From a bacterium (lineage in GTDB: Bacteria; JADJOY01): DNA of 64,000 nt. The DNA lies in contig JAXLQJ010000006.1 of NCBI GenBank assembly GCA_046331705.1, forward strand, positions 62,001-126,000, written 5' to 3'. The translations under genes were made by a program, and so were the position numbers. Of the stretch, positions 48,055-57,031 are shown piece by piece. Within the stretch, counting starts at the first letter, position 1. Every line of letters starts with the position of its first letter. The notes under the pieces are model-generated. The model was not told where the DNA came from. It made no database searches and was given only the letters and a program-made list of their open reading frames with translations.

Positions 48055-50088
48055 TCAGCCGCCGGCGCGCTTCGCCGGTTTTGCCGGCGCGGGCTTCGTC
48101 TCGGCGACCTTCGGCTCGACCAGGAAGTAGCCCGCCATCTCGAGGTGCAGCGCCGAGCAGAACTCGGTGCAGTACATCGGGAAGACGCCGGGCTTGTCGG
48201 CGACGAAGTCCACGTTCGCGTGCTCGCCGGGCTCCAGGCTGAGCTGGATGTTGTGCGAGTCGAGGGCGAAGCCGTGGGTGGCGTCCTGGGCCTGCTCGAG
48301 ATTGGTGATGTGCAGGTGGACCTGGTCGCCCTCCTTCACGTGAACGATGTCGGGCGTGAAGTGGCTGCGGATCGCCGTCATGTAGATGTGCACGCCGTCC
48401 GGCTTGCGCTCCACGCGTTCCTTGCCGCCTTCCACCGCGAACGGATCCTTCTGATCCGTGAGCGGGTTGGTGCCCGCCGGCTTGTAGATCTCCTCGGCGT
48501 GGATCTTGTCGGCCTTGATCATCTGGGCGTAGTGCGGCTCACCCAGGGGCAAGGGCATGTCGTAGAGCAGTTGCAGCTTGTCCTGCGACAGATCGACGAG
48601 CTGGAAGTTCTGGGGAAGCAGCGGACCCACCGGCGCGAAGCGGTCGATCGCCCACTTGTCCATCATCACCAGGAACCGGCCGTCGGGGCTGACGGTGTCG
48701 CCCTCGGCGGCCGCCAGGTGCCCGATGTTGTAGTGAGCGGGCAGCTTCTCGATGAGCTTCAGGTCCTTCAGGTTCCACTTCGCCACCACGGACTCGATGA
48801 ACACCGAGGTGTAGGCGTTGCCCTGATCGTCGAACTGGGTGTGCAGCGGGCCGAGACCGATCTCCACCTGACCGCGAATGGATTCCTGGAAGGAGAGGAT
48901 CGGCACGCCGTACGGGTCCTTGCCTTCGTATTTCTTGTCGGCGATCAGCTTCTTGATCTTCTCGATCGAGTAGACGGTGGCGTGGGTGTCGAGCTTGCCG
49001 CCGACCACGATGTCCTTGCCGTCCGGGCTCACGTCCACGCCGTGCGGGCTCTTGGGCTCGGGAATGAAGTGCAGGATGTCGTTCTCGATCGCGGTCGCGA
49101 GGCGGATGACCCGGAAGCCCTTGATGGTCTCGGTCTTGCCCGCCTTGGCGAGCTGCTCGGCTTTTCGCCAGTCGACGACGTGGAGGTAGTCCATGTCGTT
49201 CTGCGAATAGCTCGACTCCATCGGCGGACGGCCTTCCATGTCGCCGCCGTAGGCGCGCTCGGTGTTGATCGAGTTGCAGAACGCGAAGCCGTCGCTCACC
49301 AGCTTGCCGGCGTCGGCGAGGTCTTGCGTGTACGGCGGCAGCTCGACGGCGAACGACTCGGCCGGGACGATGCGCCCCTTCTCCCGGTCGAACTTCCAGA
49401 AGATCATCGCGCCACGGTAGGCCTCGTCGAATTTGTCGAGCGGCACGTACTCGCCGCCGAACGGCGACGGATACTGCGACGTCTCGATGACGTAGTCGGT
49501 GTTGGGCGTGACGAACGTCCCGCCGTGGTCCGACTCGATGAGGTTGGATTCGACGATCTGCTTGGTGACGAAATCCTTCAGGTCGACGACCGCCACGCGC
49601 GCGTTGGCCTTGTCGCCGATGAAGAGATAACGCCCGTCGTAATCGCCCTTGGTCTCGCTCAATGCCGGGTGATGGGTGTCGGCCCAGCTCAGCGTGTGTC
49701 CGTGGCGGTTGCCGGACGCGAGGATGTCGTCGCTCTGGTCGCCGTAGCCGTAGCCCTGCCAGGGCTCGGGTGTGAACACGGCGACGTATTTGAGGATGCG
49801 CATGCTCGGCACACCGATGACGATGACGTTCCCGCCGTGCCCGCCCGACGCGAAGAGGTAGTACTCGTCGTGGCGTCCGGTGGGCGTGTACGTCTTGAGC
49901 GCCGCCGTGACGTCCGCCTCGCTCAGGTTGCGGTCCTTCATGAGCTTCTGAAGCCCAGGACCGCCCGCGTCCGCCGCCCGCGCCACTCCTGCCGAGCCCA
50001 GATCGCAACCGCCCTGGGAAAGCACCGTCGTCGTCAGCGCGAGCGCTGCCACGACCATCCGTGCCGCGTGTGATCTCCTCCGATCCAT
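48055..50088 (-). CDS. nosZ: Nitrous oxide reductase, clade II (Sec-type, possibly lipoprotein)
   Basis: SGGHGG, DTHHP, SDHGG, PKSPHG, GPLHT, HYNIGH, GEPHY CuZ histidines; CuA CTEFCSALHLEM; no Tat FLK motif; leader ends QGGC. Confidence 0.97.
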   Translation of the reverse strand: MDRRRSHAARMVVAALALTTTVLSQGGCDLGSAGVARAADAGGPGLQKLMKDRNLSEADVTAALKTYTPTGRHDEYYLFASGGHGGNVIVIGVPSMRILKYVAVFTPEPWQGYGYGDQSDDILASGNRHGHTLSWADTHHPALSETKGDYDGRYLFIGDKANARVAVVDLKDFVTKQIVESNLIESDHGGTFVTPNTDYVIETSQYPSPFGGEYVPLDKFDEAYRGAMIFWKFDREKGRIVPAESFAVELPPYTQDLADAGKLVSDGFAFCNSINTERAYGGDMEGRPPMESSYSQNDMDYLHVVDWRKAEQLAKAGKTETIKGFRVIRLATAIENDILHFIPEPKSPHGVDVSPDGKDIVVGGKLDTHATVYSIEKIKKLIADKKYEGKDPYGVPILSFQESIRGQVEIGLGPLHTQFDDQGNAYTSVFIESVVAKWNLKDLKLIEKLPAHYNIGHLAAAEGDTVSPDGRFLVMMDKWAIDRFAPVGPLLPQNFQLVDLSQDKLQLLYDMPLPLGEPHYAQMIKADKIHAEEIYKPAGTNPLTDQKDPFAVEGGKERVERKPDGVHIYMTAIRSHFTPDIVHVKEGDQVHLHITNLEQAQDATHGFALDSHNIQLSLEPGEHANVDFVADKPGVFPMYCTEFCSALHLEMAGYFLVEPKVAETKPAPAKPAKRAGG

Positions 50089-50161
50089 GCTCACTCCCTC
50101 CTCGGTGCTCCGGGTGTTGCGGGGATGGTGCGGACGCTCGTTCCGCCACCCGCGCGTTCGC

Positions 50162-50539
50162 TCACTTCTTGAAACCGCGAATGATCTGGCGCAGCGCGGA
50201 GACCACGTCCGGCTTGGCCATCAGGTCTGGGTTCGAAGGCATCGCGGGGCTCTTGCCGACGGCGGCCCCGCCGAACTTGATGATCGTCTCGATGTGGTTG
50301 TCGTTCACCGACTTCTGCCACTCGGCGTCGGTGAAGTTGCGTGGCTTGGGCGTGAGGCCCGCGGACCCGGGACCGTCGCCGGCACCCTTCGGTCCGTGGC
50401 AGGGAGTGCAGCGCAGCTCGAAGATGCTCTGCGCTTCCTGCTTGGCCGCGTCCGCGTCCGCCCGGCTCGCGGTGGGGGAGACGAGCGCGAGCGCGGCCGC
50501 CGCGGCGGAAGCCAGCACCATCCTTTCCATTCGATTCAT
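50162..50539 (-). CDS. Monoheme c-type cytochrome
   Basis: Signal peptide, CTPCHG..GAGDGP, PKPRNF, distal Met in SPAMP; AAGGAA RBS. Confidence 0.92.
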   Translation of the reverse strand: MNRMERMVLASAAAAALALVSPTASRADADAAKQEAQSIFELRCTPCHGPKGAGDGPGSAGLTPKPRNFTDAEWQKSVNDNHIETIIKFGGAAVGKSPAMPSNPDLMAKPDVVSALRQIIRGFKK

Positions 50540-50601
50540 GACCGTTTCCTTTCGCTTCGCGTGCTGCGAGGGCTCGCGTGAGCCCGGGTATGAGTCGTGG
50601 C

Positions 50602-51051
50602 TCAGCTCTCGCCGCGCAACGCGCGCGGGAAGAGGACTTCGTTCTCGAGTTGCATGTGCTCGCGGACGTGGGTGTCGAGACGGCCGAGCCCCGTTGCGAC
50701 CTCCGCCACCAGCCCGCTCGGCTCGCGACTCGCGTCGAGGGCCTCGGTGAGGGTCCGCACGCGATTCAGGAGCTCGAGCGTCTCGCGGTGCTCCATCACC
50801 ATCACCTGGATCGGCGCGTGCGCGAGGTCGCCGCGCCCCGAGCGAATCCACGGGAAGAGCACGGTCTCTTCCTTCTCCATGTGCGCTTCCAGCTCGTCCT
50901 TGAGGTGGGTGAACGCGGCGCCGACGGCGGCGAGCCGCGGAGCGAGCCGCGGTGGCGTCCGGCGCAGCAGGTCGTCGAGGCGTTGCATCTCGTGGTGCTC
51001 GATTCGGTGGAAGCGCGATTGGATGTGGTCCACCAGCTCGGCGACCGTCAT
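50602..51051 (-). CDS. Hemerythrin-domain di-iron protein (Ric/YtfE/NorA C-terminal-like, no ScdA_N domain)
   Basis: HIQSRFH, HMEKEETVLFP, PIQVMVMEH, HMQLENEVLFP. ATG 51051 chosen because it lies downstream of the sigma54 promoter. Confidence 0.88.
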   Translation of the reverse strand: MTVAELVDHIQSRFHRIEHHEMQRLDDLLRRTPPRLAPRLAAVGAAFTHLKDELEAHMEKEETVLFPWIRSGRGDLAHAPIQVMVMEHRETLELLNRVRTLTEALDASREPSGLVAEVATGLGRLDTHVREHMQLENEVLFPRALRGES

Positions 51052-51099
51052 TTCCTCGGCGGGAGCCGTCGCGTCGCTTGCAGGCACGTGCGCCAGCAA

Positions 51100-51116
51100 A
51101 GCAAGGTCCGCACCAG
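51100..51116 (-). promoter_or_regulatory. Sigma54 (-24/-12) promoter facing the hemerythrin-cyt c-nos operon
   Basis: Minus strand CTGGTGCGGACCTTGCT vs consensus YTGGCACGNNNNTTGCW: exact GG-N10-GC spacing, two mismatches. Confidence 0.8.
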
Positions 51117-51158
51117 GGTGCGACATTCCGTCGCACTTGAGTTTTTTGGCCTTACGTA

Positions 51159-51215
51159 GTCAAATCGACTCCAGTCGACGGGAGTCGTAATGACCTCTGG
51201 TGGAGTCCAAAACAC
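51159..51215. promoter_or_regulatory. Three NorR enhancer sites (GT-N7-AC)
   Basis: GTCAAATCGAC 51159-69, GTCGTAATGAC 51184-94, GTCCAAAACAC 51205-15; each preceded by A and starting GTC. Confidence 0.82.
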
Positions 51216-51225
51216 TCGCCGCCAC

Positions 51226-52776
51226 GTGGAGGCGGTGGCCCCGTTCCTGGCCGCCGTCACGGCGCTGGTCGGCGATCTCGACGAGACCGAGCGGTATCGC
51301 CGACTGCTGCTCCACATCCACGACGTGGTGCCCTACGACGCCGCGGCCTTCCTGCGGCTCGGTCCCGATGGCTGGCTGGTGCCCGTCGCTGTCGTGGGCT
51401 TGGTGCCCGACACGCTGGGGCGTCGCTTCCGCGCGGACGATCACCCGCGCTTGCACCAGATCCTGAGCTCGCCGACGCCGGTGAAGTTTCCGCAGGCCTC
51501 GGAGCTGCCCGACCCCTTCGACGGCTTGATGCTCGCGGACCACTCGGGCGCCGCCCGCGTCCACGCGTGCATGGGCTGCGCGCTACGCGTGCAGGGCGAG
51601 ACGCTGGGGCTGCTCGCCGCCGACGCGCTCGATCCGCGCGCCTTCGATGGCATCGACGCCGGCGCGCTCGAGAGCTTCGCCGCGGTGCTGTCGCTCGCGT
51701 TTCGCGCGGCGAGCCTGCTTGCGGCCGTGGAGGCGAGCGCCAGCCGCGAGCGCAGCGTCTCGCGTCAGCTCACCTCCGAGGCCCACGAGCGGGTGGGCTC
51801 GGAGTTCCTCGGCGCCAGCACCGCCGCCGAGCAGGTGCGCGCGGACATCGCGCTGCTGGCGCGCTCCGACCTGCCGGTGCTCATCAGCGGCGAGACGGGT
51901 GTGGGGAAGGAGGTGGCGGCGCGGGCCCTCCATCGTCAGTCGGCGCGGCGCGACCAGCCGCTCATCTACCTCAACTGCGCGGCGCTGCCGGAATCGATCG
52001 CGGAGAGCGAGCTCTTCGGTCACACCCGCGGCGCCTTCACCGGTGCCACCGACGCACGTCCCGGCAAGTTCGAGGTCGCCAATCGCGGCACGCTCTTTCT
52101 CGACGAGATCGGCGAGATGCCGCTCTCGCTGCAGCCCAAGCTCTTGCGCGTGCTGCAAACCGGCGAGATCCAGCGGGTGGGCTCGGACGCGGCGCTCTTC
52201 GTGGACGTGCGGGTGATCGCCGCGACCAACCGCAACCTGCCAGCGGAGGTGGACGCGGGGCGTTTCCGAGCCGATCTCTTTCACCGTCTCAACGTCTACC
52301 CGATCGCCATCCCACCGCTGCGCGAGCGTCCCGCCGACATCGGGCTGCTCAGCGGTTACTTCCTCGACCACGTGCGCATCCGTCTGGGCTTGGGCCCGCT
52401 GCGCGTCACGGCCCAAGCGCGCGATGCGCTGCGGGCCTACGACTGGCCGGGCAACGTCCGCGAGCTCGAGCACGTCTTGCTGCGCGCGGCGTTGCGCGCC
52501 GCCGCCGGCAAGCGCGGCGGCAGCGTGGCGATCGGGATCGAGCATCTGGCGCTCGATGCGTCCCAGACACCGGCGGGGCCGAGCGTCGAGAAGGCCGTGC
52601 CCGCCATCGGAGGCGGCACCAGCCTGCGCGCCGCCACCGACGACTACCAGCGCGCGCTGATCCGCCAGGCGCTCGCGGCGAACGGTGCCAGTTGGGCCGC
52701 GGCGGCACGCGCCCTCGGCCTCGACCGCGGCAACCTGAGGCGACTCGCCGGGCGGCTCGGCCTGCGCGAGTCGTGA
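51226..52776 (+). CDS. norR: NO-responsive sigma54 activator NorR (GAF-AAA+-HTH)
   Basis: GAF motifs [68 protein letters not shown]. Start GTG 51226 or ATG 51190. Confidence 0.92.
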   Translation: MEAVAPFLAAVTALVGDLDETERYRRLLLHIHDVVPYDAAAFLRLGPDGWLVPVAVVGLVPDTLGRRFRADDHPRLHQILSSPTPVKFPQASELPDPFDGLMLADHSGAARVHACMGCALRVQGETLGLLAADALDPRAFDGIDAGALESFAAVLSLAFRAASLLAAVEASASRERSVSRQLTSEAHERVGSEFLGASTAAEQVRADIALLARSDLPVLISGETGVGKEVAARALHRQSARRDQPLIYLNCAALPESIAESELFGHTRGAFTGATDARPGKFEVANRGTLFLDEIGEMPLSLQPKLLRVLQTGEIQRVGSDAALFVDVRVIAATNRNLPAEVDAGRFRADLFHRLNVYPIAIPPLRERPADIGLLSGYFLDHVRIRLGLGPLRVTAQARDALRAYDWPGNVRELEHVLLRAALRAAAGKRGGSVAIGIEHLALDASQTPAGPSVEKAVPAIGGGTSLRAATDDYQRALIRQALAANGASWAAAARALGLDRGNLRRLAGRLGLRES

Positions 52777-52813
52777 GCGCTGCGCGCGTCCCGCGGCGCG
52801 AGTCGCGCGTCGA

Positions 52814-53848
52814 TCAGCGCGGGACGGTCGTCGCGTCGAGCGCCCGCAGGCCTTCGGCGATGGCGCGGATCGCGTCGAGGTGCACGGGAAACGGCGAGGC
52901 GATCGAGACCCGCGCGGCGATGGACCCGTAGCGCTCGACGAGCAAGCGCGGGATCTCCTCCGGCGCACCCCGAATGGCGACCGCATCGAGCAGCGCGTCG
53001 TCGATGCGCTCGCCCAGCTCGCCCCATCGTCCCTCGCGTGTGAGCGCTTGCAGCTCGGCTTGCAGCGCGCCCGCGCCCTCCGCCTCCAGCACCGAGCGAT
53101 ACGCCGGAGTGGACGCGTAGAAGCCGATTTGCTGGCGGGTCAGCTCGCGCGCCTGGGCGAGGTCTTCTTCGGTGCGGCCCGTGACGATCAGCGCCTGCAC
53201 GTCGATCTCGAGCTCGTCCTGCGTGCGGCCCGCGGCGGCGAGGCCGCGAGCGATCGCCGGCAGCGTCACGCTCTCGAGCGAGCGACGGGTGTGGAATGGG
53301 TGCACGAGCATCCCGTCGCCGAGCTCCGCGGCGACCTCGGTCATGCGCGGGCCCACGCCGGCGATCAACACTTTGGGGAGGCCGAACTCGCTCGCCCCGG
53401 GATTGAAGAGCGGCGGCAGGAGTGTGTGGGTGTAGAACTCGCCCTGGAACGCGAGGCGAGTCCCGTCCTGCCAGCTTCGCCAGATGGCACGCAGCGCCCG
53501 CACGAACTCGTGCATTCGCTCCGTGGGACGCGACCACGCCGCTCCGAAGCGCCGCTCGATGTGCGCTTTCACCTGCGAGCCGAGCCCGAGAACGAAACGG
53601 CCCTTCGAGAAGGCGTGGAGGTCGTAGGCGAGCTGCGCCACGATCATCGGATTACGCGCCAGCGCGATCGCCACCTGCGTGGAGAGCGTCGCGCGGCGGG
53701 TGTGCTCGGCGGCGAGCGCCAAGCGCAGGAAGGGCTCGCGCGGCCCCTCGAAGACGAAGAGCCCGTCGACGCCGGTGTCCTCCACGGCGCGCGCGACCTC
53801 CGCCACGTCGCCCAGCTCGAGCGCGAGAATCGGCGCGTCCAGCTTCAT
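52814..53848 (-). CDS. LLM-class putative F420-dependent oxidoreductase (TIGR03617-like)
   Basis: EGPREPFL, IALARNPM, GRFVLGLGSQVKAHIERRF, FYASTPAY. Confidence 0.88.
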   Translation of the reverse strand: MKLDAPILALELGDVAEVARAVEDTGVDGLFVFEGPREPFLRLALAAEHTRRATLSTQVAIALARNPMIVAQLAYDLHAFSKGRFVLGLGSQVKAHIERRFGAAWSRPTERMHEFVRALRAIWRSWQDGTRLAFQGEFYTHTLLPPLFNPGASEFGLPKVLIAGVGPRMTEVAAELGDGMLVHPFHTRRSLESVTLPAIARGLAAAGRTQDELEIDVQALIVTGRTEEDLAQARELTRQQIGFYASTPAYRSVLEAEGAGALQAELQALTREGRWGELGERIDDALLDAVAIRGAPEEIPRLLVERYGSIAARVSIASPFPVHLDAIRAIAEGLRALDATTVPR

Positions 53849-53855
53849 GGCGCGA

Positions 53856-55868
53856 TCAGCCGCCGGTCGCGCGGCGGCGGGGGCGGGCGAAGTCGAGCTC
53901 GAGCGCTTGGCCGCCGAGGGTGATGGTGGCGCGGTCGGTGCCGAAGGGCTGCACGACGTAGCGATCGTTCCAGCGGTCGTGAGGGCCGATGTCCACCGCG
54001 GTGCCGTCCACGGTCATCGGGCCGGTCCAGCCGACCTCGATGACTCCCTGGCTCGGCGACTCGTAGCGGACGGTGTCGTCGATGGCGACGCGCGCGCTCG
54101 AGATCGCGGCCACGAAGTCCCCGAAGGTACCGTTGGCCGTGGCATCGCCCAGCTCGACGATCCACACGTTCTCCTTCGCGTCGGCGATGAGCTCGAAGTC
54201 GTTCTCGGTCGACCACGCCGTGGGATGCTCGGAGTAGAGCGCCACGTAGCCGTCGCCCTTGCGGCCGATCACCCAGTGGCCCAGCTCGGCGACCTCGTCG
54301 AACGCCGCACGCCGGAAATACGCGTGCGAGTAATCGGTGAAGAGCACCTGATCGAGGATCGGGATCTTGGGGCGCCGGTACTGGATCACGCCGACGTTCC
54401 GGTGCAGCGTGGCGCGCGGCATGAAGCCACCGGTCCACGAGCCGCCTGCGTAATCGCCGCTCGATCCGCCGGGATACGTGGTGAACACGTACGCCTGGGC
54501 ATCCAGGGTTGCCTGCCAGATGTGGATCTGACCGGTCCAGTTGCCCGGCTTCCAATCCTGCGCGCCCGACAGCTGATAGTGCGGGGTGCGGTAGGTGTAG
54601 ATGTCGGCGCTCTCGAGCATGATGCCGCGGCTCATCGGTTCGAGCGCCTGCGAGACCTCTTGCAGCAGCGGGCTTCCCACGAACGGTTTCAGGAACCCGA
54701 GACCGTCCCACGGCGGGCCACCGTTCCAGAGATCGTAGGTGTCGATGAGCTGGAAGCTGCCTTCGATCACAGGCGGAGCCACGTACCCGGTGAGCCCCCA
54801 CCAGAACATCACGTCCCGCAAGTCCTCGTAGCCGATGCCGCGGCTCGGGCCCTCGTCGAGGGTGATGCTGTCGCGCTGGCGATGCTCGAACGACGCCGCC
54901 GCGTCGGCGGCGATCGCCTCCAGGATGGCCGGGGGTGCATAACGCTCGCTGGTGGCGAGCTCGGTGCCGGAGAAGTCGCCGCCGTCGAGCTCCTCGATCG
55001 AACCGGGGGCCGCGATGCCGAGCAACAGGTACGCGGCCTCGCGGGTGGAATCGTTGAGCCCACCCAAGAGCTTCGAGTCGTAGGTGCGACCGTGGGTGGA
55101 CGCGAGCAATCCGCGGTACGAGTTGCAGGCGAGGTCGAACGCGATCACGTCGAGGAGCATCGCCGCCTTGGTGGCGATGGCCTCGTCCTCGGCGAAGTCG
55201 ACCAGGTTGACGAGCGCGCCGATGTCCTCGTTCCAGTAGACGTTGGACTGCCATTCGGAGAAGCCGAAACGGCCGCGAGTGTCGAGCCAGCGGTTCAGAA
55301 GCTCTCGAGCGTGCTCGACGTGCTCGCCCCCGGTCATCCCGGAGTTGCGGAACACCTGGTCCGGCAAGAACTGGCCGGCGAGAAGCTCGGCGGCGTGGAA
55401 GAGGATCTGGTGGTTCTCGGACCACCAGACGAGATCGTCGGGGCCGGGCTCGTCGAGCCAGTACTTGAAGCCGACGAGCGCGTCGATCATCGCGGCCCGT
55501 AGCTCGTCCGGCAGCGTCGGGTTGTGACGGTCGAAGTAGAGCACCCGCAGCACCGGCGTGATGTGGAAGTCGACCGAGCCGTGTCGGGAGTTCAGCTCGT
55601 CGACGATCCCGAGCATGTCGTCGACGTGGTAGTCGCTTTGGCCCGCGTAGGCCGTGCAGGCCTGCGCGTAGATTCCGCCGTTGCTCGCGTCGGTCCGATT
55701 GAGGCAGTGCTGCAGGTACGCGGCTTGGCGCTCCCGGTAGGCCGGCGTCGGCGCGATCTCGCCGTTCGAACCATCGCCGGTCTCGCCGCCGCAGCCTGTG
55801 CCGAGCGCCAGGGCCGTGGCGCAGACGACGAGCGCCGTCGAGAGGTGTCGTCGGTCGAGGATGCTCAT
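53856..55868 (-). CDS. Uncharacterised lipoprotein (WSENH family), paralog B
   Basis: Lipobox GTGC; FKYWLDEPG..WSENH, GFSEWQSNVYWNED, HGRTY. Colinear with 12858..14909. Confidence 0.82.
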   Translation of the reverse strand: MSILDRRHLSTALVVCATALALGTGCGGETGDGSNGEIAPTPAYRERQAAYLQHCLNRTDASNGGIYAQACTAYAGQSDYHVDDMLGIVDELNSRHGSVDFHITPVLRVLYFDRHNPTLPDELRAAMIDALVGFKYWLDEPGPDDLVWWSENHQILFHAAELLAGQFLPDQVFRNSGMTGGEHVEHARELLNRWLDTRGRFGFSEWQSNVYWNEDIGALVNLVDFAEDEAIATKAAMLLDVIAFDLACNSYRGLLASTHGRTYDSKLLGGLNDSTREAAYLLLGIAAPGSIEELDGGDFSGTELATSERYAPPAILEAIAADAAASFEHRQRDSITLDEGPSRGIGYEDLRDVMFWWGLTGYVAPPVIEGSFQLIDTYDLWNGGPPWDGLGFLKPFVGSPLLQEVSQALEPMSRGIMLESADIYTYRTPHYQLSGAQDWKPGNWTGQIHIWQATLDAQAYVFTTYPGGSSGDYAGGSWTGGFMPRATLHRNVGVIQYRRPKIPILDQVLFTDYSHAYFRRAAFDEVAELGHWVIGRKGDGYVALYSEHPTAWSTENDFELIADAKENVWIVELGDATANGTFGDFVAAISSARVAIDDTVRYESPSQGVIEVGWTGPMTVDGTAVDIGPHDRWNDRYVVQPFGTDRATITLGGQALELDFARPRRRATGG

Positions 55869-55914
55869 CGTTTCCCTTCCTCGATCTCCGCCAGATCGCG
55901 CACGCCGCTGTCGT

Positions 55915-56136
55915 GACCAATCGCGCCTCGCGTGTTCGCGTCGTGGATCACGACGAGCCGCGTCGCCCCGCCCTCCGGCAACGTCACGGTCTCGGGCCCC
56001 ACACCCTGGCCGTAGTAGCCGTAGGGGTCGTGGAAGGGCGACCCAAGATCGACCGGCTCTTCACGATGACGATCTCGTCGTCGCGGGTGAGATCCGCCGC
56101 TGCCCGGATGAGATGCTCGAGCCGATCGCGCATCAT
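55915..56136 (-). pseudogene. DUF6036-like nucleotidyltransferase remnant
   Basis: MMRDRLEHLIRAAADLTRDDEIVIV..SILG, then after a frame change GSPFHDPYGYYGQGVGPETVTLPEG..RLVVIHDANTRGAIG; internal and C-terminal parts missing. Confidence 0.7.
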
Positions 56137-56382
56137 GGTTGAGCTCTCTCGAAGCGTTCGCGGACCTCGCGCCAGATGCGCCAGCGCTCGCGCGGGTCGA
56201 TGAAACCGGCGAATGGAGTCGCCTGGCGCAGCGCTCGCGCGCCCGGCCTCGGCACACCCGGCCTCCGCCCGCGCCAGTGCCTTCCCGATCGCCGCCGGAT
56301 CGCGTCGCCGGCGCTCGGCGACCGCGCGGTGATACGCGAGGCTGCGTTCTTCCGCGAGGGCGTGCAGGTCAGGCCGCGGCAT
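56133..56382 (-). pseudogene. Small partner protein upstream of the DUF6036 gene, frameshifted
   Basis: AEERSLAYHRAVAE..., then another frame RALRQATPFAGFIDPRERWRIW ending in an ATGA overlap with the DUF6036 start. Confidence 0.6.
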
Positions 56383-56569
56383 GCGCCGATGATAACGCTG
56401 CGCCAGCCATTCGCGGCGAAGCGCGTTTCACCTCGTACGCAGGCGACGCCGGCTGTGCCCTCGGTTACGCCTTGGTCTTGTACGGGGCAGCAGCGATTCC
56501 AATCGGGGATCGCGGACGTAGCCGCGCAACGGCCGGGCGGTCACGTCCTTGGGAGCGCTCGACCAGCGC

Positions 56570-57031
56570 TCAGGGGCGGGCTGTGCCCGCCGTCCCCGCT
56601 GCCGGCACCTTGATCGTGGGTGCGATCGGGCGGGCGGGTGTCGGCGTCGGGATGGGTTTGGCGGTCGGGACGCTCCCCGGAAACGGCTTGAGAATCACGA
56701 CGCAGTCGTTGGCCTTGAGGACGCTGCAGCATTCCAGTCCCTTCACGGTACCGGGAATCTTCAGGCCGTCGCGGTCGATGGTGCAGCTATCGCCATCCGC
56801 GTGGGTCCCCGCCGAGTCGACGGCCATCGCGTCCGATCCCACGAGGAGCAGCGCACCGCCGAGCAAGACTGCAGCCAGACGAGTCGCATTCCTGTGATGA
56901 GTGCCGAGCTGCGCGCTCGCATCGCGAGTCTTCAGGGGATCGAGCACGGCGACCTCCGGTGTCGGGTGAAGCACCAACATACGCCAGCGTTCGTCCGAGC
57001 CGCGAGCGGTGGCGATTGCCCGGCCGCTCAC
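56570..57031 (-). CDS. Small exported Cys-containing protein with Pro/Thr-rich tail
   Basis: Hydrophobic signal-like segment, four Cys, PTPTP tail; GTGA overlap with the upstream gene. Start uncertain. Confidence 0.5.
   Translation of the reverse strand: MSGRAIATARGSDERWRMLVLHPTPEVAVLDPLKTRDASAQLGTHHRNATRLAAVLLGGALLLVGSDAMAVDSAGTHADGDSCTIDRDGLKIPGTVKGLECCSVLKANDCVVILKPFPGSVPTAKPIPTPTPARPIAPTIKVPAAGTAGTARP

Noticed and set aside
50050-50094. Tat signal on NosZ (RRR)
   Set aside because: No S/T-R-R-x-F-L-K consensus; the core motifs are clade II, which is typically Sec-exported.
51125-51150. IHF site between the enhancers and the sigma54 promoter
   Set aside because: Only a partial match to WATCAANNNNTTR; recorded as a T-tract only.
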